IMG/VR virus record: IMGVR_UViG_3300048927_000140
Location: 447 to 64,446 of that record
Direction: 5' to 3' (one strand)
DNA: 64,000 bases
From: a virus
Lineage: Duplodnaviria; Caudoviricetes
Shown here: positions 37,673 to 46,690 of the stretch, piece after piece
Layout of the letters: each line of letters begins with the position of its first letter
How positions within the stretch are numbered: the first letter of the stretch is position 1
Program-made: the position numbers and the translations under genes
Notes under the pieces: model-generated
What the model saw: only the letters and a program-made list of their open reading frames with translations
What the model was told of the DNA's origin: nothing
Database searches by the model: none

Positions 37673-38563
37673 ATGCTACTACGCAAGAAATTCTTTCGAT
37701 CAGTCTGGGATCAACTCCCGGTAACACCGGACGGTGCGTGGGCCATCTTCAAAACCACAGGTGTAGGATCGTCGCGCTATACTTACGCGTCTGACACGGC
37801 GGCAGCCGCCAAGACGTTCAGCACCTCTGCCGACAGAATGACAGCCATGGGTAATTCTGTGTCCAGCGTGTTTGCAGGCGGCACAGTTAGCTCCACGATG
37901 GCCAAGTATAGTTACGCGGCTGACACCATAACGGACCTAAGTGTTCAGACTGGTGTGTCCATGGGCAGCGGATCGGCGTCGTTCTCCAACGCGACGTTCG
38001 GCGCCTTCGTGCCTAATCTTACGGGAGCTCAGCCGACACGCAAGTACACGTTTGCGTCTGATACGAACGTGTCTTCTACTTCGGCGACCGTTGCAATTAG
38101 TGGCGGTGCTGGTGCCGGTGGCCCAGACGCCGGCCTGCTGGCTATGGCTGGAACGGCAGCTACAGGATCCAACATCACCAATGTTTATGCTTACGCAGAC
38201 GACTCGGTCGTTGCCGGTACCACCCTCAGTGGATCATTGAAGAACGGCGGCGCTGCTGGTAATGTAGATGCGGTGTTCTTGGTTCTTGGCGGGTCTACTG
38301 CCAACACCAGTACCAGTGTCTACAACTGGAGCGACAGCACATCAGTAGCTGGTACGGCTGCATCGACCGCACTTCTGAATTTCCAATCGACCGGCAATTC
38401 TGTGAAGGGTGTGTACAGCGTTCGCAATGGCACAACGCCTAGCTCCAGCACTCTCAAATGTACGTATTCGAGTGGAGTGTGGGCAAATGGAGGAGCGCTC
38501 AGCGCTCAGCCTGCAGGAACGAGCAACGGCGCAGCGTCCAACGGCAACAGCGGCATTCTGTAA
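37673..38563 (+). CDS. Six-repeat propeller-like putative fibre-tip adhesin A2
   Basis: Same repeat (RYTYASD, KYSYAAD, KYTFASD, VYAYADD); MLLRKKFF start; AASNG end. Confidence 0.65.
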   Translation: MLLRKKFFRSVWDQLPVTPDGAWAIFKTTGVGSSRYTYASDTAAAAKTFSTSADRMTAMGNSVSSVFAGGTVSSTMAKYSYAADTITDLSVQTGVSMGSGSASFSNATFGAFVPNLTGAQPTRKYTFASDTNVSSTSATVAISGGAGAGGPDAGLLAMAGTAATGSNITNVYAYADDSVVAGTTLSGSLKNGGAAGNVDAVFLVLGGSTANTSTSVYNWSDSTSVAGTAASTALLNFQSTGNSVKGVYSVRNGTTPSSSTLKCTYSSGVWANGGALSAQPAGTSNGAASNGNSGIL

Positions 38564-38578
38564 TCAGTAGGTCAAAAG

Positions 38579-38612
38579 AAAGGGAAGGTACCTTGACGGG
38601 TACCTTCCCTTT
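38579..38612. terminator. Bidirectional terminator
   Basis: AAAGGGAAGGTACC/GGTACCTTCCCTTT between convergent genes. Confidence 0.8.
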
Positions 38613-38613
38613 G

Positions 38614-39492
38614 TCATTTCCGCTTACCGAACAGACCCTTGGTCTTCGGCCAACACAGTTCTTGATGCGCGTACCATGCCTTCGGCAGATCAAGACCCTC
38701 GTGTCGGCTCTTACGTGGCTTGAGGTCTGCTGGATCGGGTAGCGCCAAATCACTGCGTAGCGTCACCAGCTTATTGTTCATCACCAGCTTGGCCTGATTG
38801 GCGTGGATGAATTTCTTGGTCTCCTTGTCGGCGGCCTCGAACCAGGCTTTGACGCTCTTATGTTTCAGACATACGGCCTTGGCCTTGGCCGGACTCAGCA
38901 CCTGCGGAATGTCATCGATCGGATCGCCAAGCAGTGTTTGAAGCATCACCATCTTGGAGACTGGGACGCCGCGCATTTTCTCGGCGCGCTCTGCCGTGAT
39001 GTAGCGAGGCTCTGGCTTATACGAACTGTCATAGAGCCTTACACCTTTCTTCAAGAAGGCAAAGCCGTCTTTGTCCTTGCCTCCACCAACAACATCATAG
39101 CCAAGCGCCGAATACTGCACGGCCACTGATGCCCAGAAGTCGTCAGCCTCGTACTTGGAGTGCTGGACCAAGGTAAGGCCTACTTTGGCACACAGCTTGC
39201 GGATATTTGGAAGGGCTGCATAGAGGTCCTTATAGCTCTCATCCTCTTTCTCGGCCTTGGACTTCTCGTGCCGCGAAGCTTTGTACTGCGGGAATATGTC
39301 GTAACGGAACACCTTGTGTCCGTCGAAGGCAATCAGAATATGAGTTGCCTTCACCATGACGGCATCCTTAAGCACCAGGCTCAGGAAGTTCATGGGTAGT
39401 ACGTCCTCGAGTGGACGGCTGGATTTACCGCTCGTGTGCAATACACGGTGCAGATACCAGTTACCGTCCACGAAGAATACGCGATTGGTCAT
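38614..39492 (-). CDS. 5'-3' exonuclease/flap endonuclease (T4 RNase H or PolA N-terminal like)
   Basis: VDGNW, AFDG...FR..IFPQYKASR, YEADD, DKD, LLGDPIDDIP; AGGAG RBS before ATG 39492. Confidence 0.9.
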   Translation of the reverse strand: MTNRVFFVDGNWYLHRVLHTSGKSSRPLEDVLPMNFLSLVLKDAVMVKATHILIAFDGHKVFRYDIFPQYKASRHEKSKAEKEDESYKDLYAALPNIRKLCAKVGLTLVQHSKYEADDFWASVAVQYSALGYDVVGGGKDKDGFAFLKKGVRLYDSSYKPEPRYITAERAEKMRGVPVSKMVMLQTLLGDPIDDIPQVLSPAKAKAVCLKHKSVKAWFEAADKETKKFIHANQAKLVMNNKLVTLRSDLALPDPADLKPRKSRHEGLDLPKAWYAHQELCWPKTKGLFGKRK

Positions 39493-39500
39493 CGTCGCTC

Positions 39501-39788
39501 CTAGTGCATACACGCCGAGTATATCGGCGCATCTTGGTGAATCATAAGGCTGTAGTTACCGTCATCCGGAGGCACCTCAACTTCCATCTCGGCGTGATGG
39601 TCCCAAAACGACACGGTGACGAATGGATGCGAGAGACGCAAACCGTCTTGTACACGCTGACGGACCAACTCGGGGTCACCGCCGAAGTCATGCTTGGTGG
39701 CCAGAGAGTGACCTTGCTTGAGAGCCAGCTCGGAATTGAACAGCGTCCGTATGGCTCGGCCATCGATGAATACTCCAATACAGCTCAT
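39501..39788 (-). CDS. Hypothetical protein
   Basis: AGGAGG RBS before MSCIGVF; AGTAAATA motif upstream. Confidence 0.6.
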   Translation of the reverse strand: MSCIGVFIDGRAIRTLFNSELALKQGHSLATKHDFGGDPELVRQRVQDGLRLSHPFVTVSFWDHHAEMEVEVPPDDGNYSLMIHQDAPIYSACMH

Positions 39789-39808
39789 ATTAGTCCTCCT
39801 TTCCACTT

Positions 39809-39833
39809 TATTTACTAGAGTCGACTCAATTTT
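39809..39833. promoter_or_regulatory. Back-to-back putative promoters (AGTAAATA on -, CAATTT on +)
   Basis: Both recurring motifs lie in a 76-bp divergent intergenic gap. Confidence 0.55.
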
Positions 39834-39864
39834 ATGTTTGTCTTAAATTAACGAAGAGGCTCCA

Positions 39865-40230
39865 ATGGATCCCAAATTACTAGAGTCCATCACCGTTTGG
39901 CGAGACCCTCTTGGATACCCGTGGACCACCTACTTGTGGGTGATCGGAGTCGCGTGTGTAGCCGGCATGGTCAAGCATATCAACGGTATGAAAAAGTTCA
40001 AACTAGGGCGCCTCCTCATCGATATCACAACCGCAGGGTTCATCGGGATCTTGACCTTCTGGTTGTGTGAAGCCCGAGAAATTCGCGGGCCGATGAGTGC
40101 GGTAGCAATTGCCGTCGCGGGCGCCATGGGCAATCGTGCGTGGACGGAATTTGAAAACATCTGGCGGGTCAAGTTCGGTCTCAAGCCAGCACCTCAGCCC
40201 GAGGAGGAGACCGATCATGACTCAAAATGA
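39865..40230 (+). CDS. Holin (LydA-like)
   Basis: TYLWVIGVACVAGMV, TAGFIGILTFWL and AIAVAGAMG..A segments; upstream of the endolysin. Confidence 0.75.
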   Translation: MDPKLLESITVWRDPLGYPWTTYLWVIGVACVAGMVKHINGMKKFKLGRLLIDITTAGFIGILTFWLCEAREIRGPMSAVAIAVAGAMGNRAWTEFENIWRVKFGLKPAPQPEEETDHDSK

Positions 40231-40260
40231 CTACGGCAATTCCTGTGCGGGAGGTTCCCC

Positions 40261-40710
40261 ATGCTAACTACCTTAACAACGGCTATCTGGTTTCAAAAGG
40301 CGAAGGCCACCGCGGACGCAATCTGGGGAGTTAGCTCCCTATTTTGCGTCCCAGGTGTTATCTTCGCCACCGTGTGCGTGCTTGTTCCGGCACACGGTGG
40401 CGGCCACGGCTGGGACATACGGAGCGTCGCGCAAGCGCCCCGTGCACCTCAGACCTACGAGCCTGCGCCTGGTACAGGTGGTCCTACTGCCTACCGTCTT
40501 GGACTTTTTGATTCCAGAGGGCAGCTGGTTCACGAGTACCCAGATCAAGTCATCACCCCAAGTCGTAATGTGCAGCGCGGTAGTATCGTTGTCGAAATTC
40601 CTGATGACGTGCCTCCGGGCGAATACAGCTTGCGCGTGTTTAAGGACGGTAGCTCAAACGTGCGTGATATCCCGCTGAAGGTAGGAGATCACAATGAAAG
40701 AGTGGAGTAA
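40261..40710 (+). CDS. Single-pass membrane protein with Ig-like domain (lysis cassette)
   Basis: GGGAGG RBS; one TM segment; IPDDVPPGEYSLRV. Confidence 0.55.
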   Translation: MLTTLTTAIWFQKAKATADAIWGVSSLFCVPGVIFATVCVLVPAHGGGHGWDIRSVAQAPRAPQTYEPAPGTGGPTAYRLGLFDSRGQLVHEYPDQVITPSRNVQRGSIVVEIPDDVPPGEYSLRVFKDGSSNVRDIPLKVGDHNERVE

Positions 40711-41131
40711 GTGGAAGGTAACAGCACTGATTGTTGGTGCTGGTACGGCGGCCGGCATTTTGGCAACTGCCGGAATATACGCCTATTGGAAGATTGAGGA
40801 GCCCGATTCGCTTCGACCGCCTAAGACTCCGCAGTTTGCCAGTATTCCCGAACACAGTTCGCTGGTGATTGACGTGCCGGTGAAAGAGTACGCGTACCTA
40901 GGATCGTTCGTGTTCTCGACGAAGACCCTAGATGCCCAAGGTGACACGGTGTGGTCCACTCAATGGGTGAAGTACAATCCGGAAGTGAGTTACAAGTTTG
41001 TGGCACCGGCAGGACTTCCGCCTGGTATGTTCTCTGTTGTCATGGCCATCGACTATCCGCTCAATCCGATAACCCGAGTAGAGGACGAAGTCAAGTTCCT
41101 CGATCTCATAGTGAATAAGGAGGACAAATGA
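40694..41131 (+). CDS. Single-pass membrane protein with Ig-like domain (lysis cassette)
   Basis: AGGAG RBS; N-terminal TM; PAGLPPGMF....Y.LNPI. Confidence 0.6.
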   Translation: MKEWSKWKVTALIVGAGTAAGILATAGIYAYWKIEEPDSLRPPKTPQFASIPEHSSLVIDVPVKEYAYLGSFVFSTKTLDAQGDTVWSTQWVKYNPEVSYKFVAPAGLPPGMFSVVMAIDYPLNPITRVEDEVKFLDLIVNKEDK

Positions 41132-41766
41132 TTACCGCAGAAGCATTGAAGCGGTTCGCGCCTACCATGAAGTGCGATCCAGACAAGCTGGTCGCGGCCA
41201 TAGGCCTTGCTGTCGAAAAGGCCCAGCTCAACACTCAGCGGCGTCTTCGCTATTTCTTGACCCAGACGCAATTCGAGACCCAGGGCTATACGAAGTTCGA
41301 GGAGAATCTGAACTACTCGACGCCTGAACGGTTGGTAACAGTGTGGCCGACGCGGTTCGCTCTGGATCCTAAACCGGGCCAAAGTCTGGCACGCGCTACT
41401 GAATACGTGCGACAGCCGCAGAAGCTTGCCAACTTCGTGTACGCCAATCGCAACGGCAACGGCGGGCCAGAAACCAACGACGGCTGGAACTTCAGGGGAC
41501 AAGGCTGCATTCATACGACGTTCCGCAACAACTTCTTGGCCTGTTCCAAGTCGATGTACGGAGACGATCGGTTGGTGAAAACTCCCCAGTTGATTCAGGA
41601 GATCGAGGCCGGCATGCTCGCCGCAGCGTTCTTCTGGAATACCAACGGCCTGAATGCGCTGGCTGACGCAGACTCGTTCACTGAGGTGACGAGACGCATC
41701 AATGGCTCGGCCGCTACTGTTCCAGAACGTCTTCCTGTCCTAAATCTCGCCAACACGCTGTTCTGA
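41128..41766 (+). CDS. Glycoside hydrolase family 19 endolysin
   Basis: FLTQTQFET.G..KFEENLNYS, P.KLANFVYANRNGN, DGWNFRGQG, AAFFW, VTRRING. Confidence 0.88.
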   Translation: MITAEALKRFAPTMKCDPDKLVAAIGLAVEKAQLNTQRRLRYFLTQTQFETQGYTKFEENLNYSTPERLVTVWPTRFALDPKPGQSLARATEYVRQPQKLANFVYANRNGNGGPETNDGWNFRGQGCIHTTFRNNFLACSKSMYGDDRLVKTPQLIQEIEAGMLAAAFFWNTNGLNALADADSFTEVTRRINGSAATVPERLPVLNLANTLF

Positions 41767-41780
41767 TCGGAGGTCCAACC

Positions 41781-42521
41781 ATGGCCTCGGACACTCTGCT
41801 TTATTTTCCGCTCAATCTCCATCAGCGCGGCGTCAATGCTAGGACTTACGCGCCGATGCGATCCACACCTGTGGTGGAGACTGACGGATTTCTAATCACA
41901 TACGTGCTGACGGCCACGGTGGGTTCTTTGCATCAGGGTCTGTACGTAATGGACGGACGCTGCTGGCGCTTCATCCTGCCACAGCCTCTGTTGTCGGAGA
42001 TACTCATCAGTGGCGCGGCCGTCGACGTGTACTTGGGCCTCGAAGACCCGGTACCAGTAGCATTCGACGCCATGGTCTTCAAGAACGGCGTACAGGTTCA
42101 GGAGACCTCAATCGACGGTCCGTTCCTGTGGTGCGTCATTACACCACCGCAACAACCTGAGCCACCAGCCCCGCCTGGGGATCTTACGTTGACAGCAATA
42201 CGCGACGTGAGCGGTCACCGAGTAATGAAGGCCGTGGCAGGTGGTACAGATTACGCGTCGTCTGCTGTAACAGACGACGCGCAACTCGTCCTTGGAATAA
42301 GCAAGGGTGCAGCGCTTGCCGGATCTCCGGTGAGCATTCAAACAGAAGGAGAGCTGGTAGAGCCTAGTTGGAACTGGGATCTGGAACGGCCGGTCTTCAA
42401 TGGAGTAGATGGCTTACTCACGCAAGACAATTCCGCTAGTGGATACTCCTTGATAGTGGGGATTCCTCTAACACCAAACACTATCTTAGTCGCCGTGAAA
42501 CAACCAATCATCACTGTCTAG
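41781..42521 (+). CDS. Virion accessory (head-fibre/cement-like) protein
   Basis: C-terminal SGHRV...LGIS..AA...G.L..P.WNW...PVF...G.LTQ pattern; N-terminal domain similar to that of 43930..46644. Confidence 0.6.
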   Translation: MASDTLLYFPLNLHQRGVNARTYAPMRSTPVVETDGFLITYVLTATVGSLHQGLYVMDGRCWRFILPQPLLSEILISGAAVDVYLGLEDPVPVAFDAMVFKNGVQVQETSIDGPFLWCVITPPQQPEPPAPPGDLTLTAIRDVSGHRVMKAVAGGTDYASSAVTDDAQLVLGISKGAALAGSPVSIQTEGELVEPSWNWDLERPVFNGVDGLLTQDNSASGYSLIVGIPLTPNTILVAVKQPIITV

Positions 42522-42530
42522 GAGAAAGTA

Positions 42531-43139
42531 ATGGGTACTGCATCTACCAAGAAAATCATCAAACAAGTAACCGGCACGCTGACCGAAGAAGCGGCGTTAA
42601 CCACCAGCGCTGGCGCGGGTGACGCAGACCGTATTCCGGCGCTGAACGCTTCCGGAGTTCTCGATACCACGATCATCAACGGCACCGTAACTTCGGCCGG
42701 CGTCGCGGCTGCGGGTAAGACTCCGATCTTGGACGGCACGGGCCGTCTCGATCAATCGACGATGCCTGTTGGTATTGTGCCAGAGACCGGCAGCATCGTG
42801 GCCTCTGAAGCACTGGCCGACGGTGACTTCGTGAACGTGTGGAACAACGCAGGCGTGCCGAACGTGCGTAAGGCCGACGCTTCCGTGAGTGGTAAAGAAG
42901 CACACGGTTATGTGCTGGCCGCTGTCGCCTCCGCAGGCACGGCGCTGGTTTACTTCGAGGGTTCCAACAACCACTTGACCGGCTTGACAGCGGGTCCGCG
43001 CTATCTGAGTGCCACTACCCCAGGATCTACCACAGGTACAGCTCCGACAGGCAGTGGCCAGATCGTGCAGCAGGTGGGCATCGCGTTCTCGGCCACTGCG
43101 TTGACGTTCGATCCGCAGCGTCCAATCGTTCTGGCGTAA
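42531..43139 (+). CDS. DUF2190/cement-like virion accessory protein
   Basis: SAGAGDA..IPALNASGVLD, ASEAL..GDFVN, RKADAS, YLS.TTPG, QQVG.A. Confidence 0.6.
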   Translation: MGTASTKKIIKQVTGTLTEEAALTTSAGAGDADRIPALNASGVLDTTIINGTVTSAGVAAAGKTPILDGTGRLDQSTMPVGIVPETGSIVASEALADGDFVNVWNNAGVPNVRKADASVSGKEAHGYVLAAVASAGTALVYFEGSNNHLTGLTAGPRYLSATTPGSTTGTAPTGSGQIVQQVGIAFSATALTFDPQRPIVLA

Positions 43140-43145
43140 TCTGTC

Positions 43146-43520
43146 ATGGCAGCCCGGCGCCCTATAGTAATAGTCGCCGGCGTGCAGCAAGAGGTCGTGG
43201 ATACAGACAGTCTGCTTTTTGGTCTTGAGCAGAACACGTCGAAAAACATAGATGCCACAAACGGATTGGCCGCCAAAACACTGACGACTCGTAGGACTAT
43301 TCTTACTGGCACGTCAGGTAACACGGCGTTCACGTTACCGGCTGCTTCTGCTGCGATAGACGGTATGCTGATAACGGTAATGTCCACCGCTGCGCGTGCT
43401 ACGGTGACCTGGACCTCAAGCGGCGCAACCTTTACAGGAGCGCCTGGCAATCTCACAGCGAATGTGGCTGTGACATTCCAATACCACCATGCTCTGACAC
43501 GCTGGTTCATCTCCAACTAG
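43146..43520 (+). CDS. Small fibre-like virion protein (paralogue 1)
   Basis: MAARRP start; TLPAASAAIDG; ends TRWF; near-duplicate of the next gene. Confidence 0.65.
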   Translation: MAARRPIVIVAGVQQEVVDTDSLLFGLEQNTSKNIDATNGLAAKTLTTRRTILTGTSGNTAFTLPAASAAIDGMLITVMSTAARATVTWTSSGATFTGAPGNLTANVAVTFQYHHALTRWFISN

Positions 43521-43529
43521 GAGGCTCCT

Positions 43530-43901
43530 ATGGCAGTCCGACGCGCCATTGCTTCGGGATCCCCCGATCTTGAAATACCAACAACCGATGCGCTTGCTTA
43601 CGGCTTGCAGCAGAACACGTCAAAAGAGGTTGACGCCACTAATGGGTTGACCTCCAAAACTATCACGGCTCGGCGTACCTATTTGACGGGTACCGCTGGG
43701 CTAACCTTTACTATCAACCTGCCAGCTGCCAGTGCAGCTATAGATGGCATGATCTTGACCATCATGAGTACGACTACGCGAAGCTTGGTGACTTGGGCGT
43801 CTTCTGGCGCCACGGCTCCGGGTATCGCAGGGCCGAATGCAAACACTCCAGTGACAGTGCAGTACGATCACGCGACGACTCGATGGTATAAGGTCAACTG
43901 A
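43530..43901 (+). CDS. Small fibre-like virion protein (paralogue 2)
   Basis: QNTSK.(I/V)DATNGL..KT.T.RRT.LTGT shared with the previous gene; AGGAGG RBS. Confidence 0.65.
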   Translation: MAVRRAIASGSPDLEIPTTDALAYGLQQNTSKEVDATNGLTSKTITARRTYLTGTAGLTFTINLPAASAAIDGMILTIMSTTTRSLVTWASSGATAPGIAGPNANTPVTVQYDHATTRWYKVN

Positions 43902-43929
43902 ATTTAAGTCTTTATCAAAAGGAGATGTA

Positions 43930-46644
43930 ATGTCGATTCCAATTTTCGTGCCCGTCACTCTGAAGGACGGCCCAAACTCCATCGAAGTGATGGCGCCATT
44001 CGTGGACACTTTGCCTGTGGTTCCGACCAATCAGCGTATTCTCATCTTGGATGTGATGGTTGGTCCTCTGGATCCCGGCATGTACATCTACGATTCTGTG
44101 GCCCAACAGTGGCGCCTGCAGATTCCGCTGGAGGCTGTGAGTCTCATCATCGTGGACTCGGACGATGCGTTCATCTACGCAGAAGTTCAGGCGCCGGTGA
44201 CACTGCCAAACAACGCCGTGGTCTACCGCAATGGCGTACTGACTGCGCTGACCACCATTCCGGTGGACAACGCGATCTACGGTGTTCGCGTTCCGAAGAG
44301 CGGCGGTGGCGGCGGTACTGGTACCGTAAATTCGGTCAACGGTGTGACGCCAGACTCGTTCGGTAACGTGTCGCTGACCGCTTCGGACATTCCGGGCATT
44401 CCCGCACCTTACACCCTGCCGGCGGCCACCGTGTCCACCTTGGGTGGTGTGAAGATCGGCAGTGGCCTGGCGGTAGCCGCCGATGGCACACTGAGCGCCA
44501 GCGGTTCGAGCTACGTCCTGCCTATCGCAAGTGATATCGTGCTAGGCGGCGTGATGATCGGCTCGTCCTCCAAGCTGAATATCGATCCATCGACCGGCGC
44601 TCTGGATCTCGATGCTTCCGTGATCTCGCAGATCAATGCGGCGTTGACCTCGGTTGTTTCGGGTGGCGGCACCTCTCTGGTGAAGGGTACCGCAGCAGGA
44701 GTGGTTACGCTGAACGGTCTTGTTGCCGGTACCAATATCACCGTGACCGACAACGGCGCCGGTGGTCTGGTAATCGCATCGACAGCCGGTTCGTCAACCA
44801 TCACGCTGAATGGTGACGTTACTGGCGTGAGCGACAGTTCCGGTCTGATTCCTGCTGTGTTGGCCAACAGCGGCGTAACGGCCGGCGTCTACAATCGCGT
44901 CACCGTCGACGCCAAAGGTCGTGTGACTGCCGGTGTTGCCGCAACCACTCTGGCTGGTCTGGGTATCACTGCCGACTATCTGCCGCTTGCCGGCGGCTCG
45001 ATGCTCGGCGATATCACGATGACTGGCGGCTTCACGATCAAGTCCGTACCTACGCCAGTCAATGGGACCGACGTACCCAACAAGGATTACGTTGACGCTG
45101 CTCTTGCAGCCGCCGCGAACGGCACCAACTGGAAAGGCGCTGTTGATGCGGCGTCGACCGGCAACCTGACGTTGAGCGGCACGCAGACCATCGATGGTGT
45201 CGCTGTTGCAGCAGGCAAACGTGTGCTGGTAAAAGACCAGACGGACCCTAAGACGAACGGTATCTACGACGTGGCCTCCGGCGCTTGGACTCGTTCGTCC
45301 GACTCCAACACCTCGGCAAGTCTGTACAAGGGTGCTGTTCTGGTGCTGGCGGGTACGGCCAACGGTCTGACCCAGTGGACGAACACTAACAGTGCCGCCC
45401 CAGTAATCGGTACCGACAACATCACCTACGGTCAACTGAAGGGTGCAGCCAATCAGTACGTTGCCGGCGCTGGCCTGAGCCTCAGTGGCCTGACCTTCAG
45501 CATTGCCAATACTGGTGTGACCGCCGGTACGTACTCGAAGGTGACGGTGAATCAGCAAGGTCAGGTGACCGCAGGTGCTGCTCTGGCATCGGCAGACGTG
45601 ACTGGCGCACTGGGCTTCACTCCGTACAACGGAACTACGAACCCACTGGGCTTCATCTCCGGCACGCAGCCTCTGATACTGACCGGCGACGTTACAGCCA
45701 ATGGTCAACTGGGCAGCAGTCTCGCTACCACGTTGGCTAACAGTGGTGTGACGGCCGGCACCTACACTTCGGTGACTGTGGATGCCAAAGGTCGTGTGAC
45801 CGCCGGTGGCACGATCTCGAGTGCTCAGATCCTTGCGGCACTGGGCTTCACGCCAGTCAACAAGGCTGGAGACACGATGGGCGGCGCGCTCAACTGGGCA
45901 CCTGTTGCGTCCGTAGCTTCGGCAGCCACTACGCCAATCGGTGCAGCAAGCTCCAACTCGGTGAGTGTGACGGGTACGACTACCATCACGGCATTTGATA
46001 CTGCTGTGTCGGGCGCACAGCGCACCGTGCAGTTCGCAGGTATCTTGACGTTGACTAACTCGGCTGTTCTCCGACTGCCGAGTGGTGCCAACATCACGAC
46101 CGCGGCCGGCGACGTTGCGGGCTTCACGAGTTTGGGCTCGGGCAACTGGCGTTGCGACTACTACAGCAAAGCTGATGGTACGCCGCTCGTAGCGACTGGC
46201 GGTCAGTCGCCGTTCTCGACCACGCAGATCTTCAACGGCTCTGTCGCTGTTCCTGCGGCCAAGTTCAAGAACGTAATCGAACTGGGCAACATTGTGGCTT
46301 CGACGCCAACTGCTGTGGACGTATCGAGTGGCGCGGTTACGCTTTCCACGAGCAACGCAGGTGCCAACTGGACGTTCAATTTCCGTTGGTCTAACTCGAC
46401 TCCGCTCGGCACTGCGCTGGCTGTGGGCGATTCGGTTACCATAGCCGTTATCACCTCACAGGGGGCTTCGGCGTTCTACCCGACTGCATTCCAGATCGAT
46501 GGTGCGGCCGTTACGCCATTGTGGCAAGGCGGCGCTGCGCCAAGCGCAGGCAATGCAAATGGTAAGGACGTCTACACGTTCACCATCATCAAGCAAGCGG
46601 CGGGTGTGTACGTGGTGTTGGCAGCACAGACCCAGTACAAATAA
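43930..46644 (+). CDS. Fibre protein 2 (904 aa)
   Basis: YTLP.A...LGGV.IG repeats; three (LAN)SGVTAG.Y..VTV...G.VTAG repeats; LSGTQTIDGV..RVLVKDQT..NGIY domain; C-terminal WQGG.APS.GN...DVYTFTIIK domain. Confidence 0.85.
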   Translation: MSIPIFVPVTLKDGPNSIEVMAPFVDTLPVVPTNQRILILDVMVGPLDPGMYIYDSVAQQWRLQIPLEAVSLIIVDSDDAFIYAEVQAPVTLPNNAVVYRNGVLTALTTIPVDNAIYGVRVPKSGGGGGTGTVNSVNGVTPDSFGNVSLTASDIPGIPAPYTLPAATVSTLGGVKIGSGLAVAADGTLSASGSSYVLPIASDIVLGGVMIGSSSKLNIDPSTGALDLDASVISQINAALTSVVSGGGTSLVKGTAAGVVTLNGLVAGTNITVTDNGAGGLVIASTAGSSTITLNGDVTGVSDSSGLIPAVLANSGVTAGVYNRVTVDAKGRVTAGVAATTLAGLGITADYLPLAGGSMLGDITMTGGFTIKSVPTPVNGTDVPNKDYVDAALAAAANGTNWKGAVDAASTGNLTLSGTQTIDGVAVAAGKRVLVKDQTDPKTNGIYDVASGAWTRSSDSNTSASLYKGAVLVLAGTANGLTQWTNTNSAAPVIGTDNITYGQLKGAANQYVAGAGLSLSGLTFSIANTGVTAGTYSKVTVNQQGQVTAGAALASADVTGALGFTPYNGTTNPLGFISGTQPLILTGDVTANGQLGSSLATTLANSGVTAGTYTSVTVDAKGRVTAGGTISSAQILAALGFTPVNKAGDTMGGALNWAPVASVASAATTPIGAASSNSVSVTGTTTITAFDTAVSGAQRTVQFAGILTLTNSAVLRLPSGANITTAAGDVAGFTSLGSGNWRCDYYSKADGTPLVATGGQSPFSTTQIFNGSVAVPAAKFKNVIELGNIVASTPTAVDVSSGAVTLSTSNAGANWTFNFRWSNSTPLGTALAVGDSVTIAVITSQGASAFYPTAFQIDGAAVTPLWQGGAAPSAGNANGKDVYTFTIIKQAAGVYVVLAAQTQYK

Positions 46645-46649
46645 TCAAT

Positions 46650-46678
46650 AAGAGCGGGCCTCGGCCCGCTCTTTTCAT
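46650..46678 (+). terminator. Terminator-like hairpin
   Basis: AAGAGCGGGCC-TC-GGCCCGCTCTT followed by TTCAT. Confidence 0.65.
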
Positions 46679-46690
46679 AGGAGAACAACT

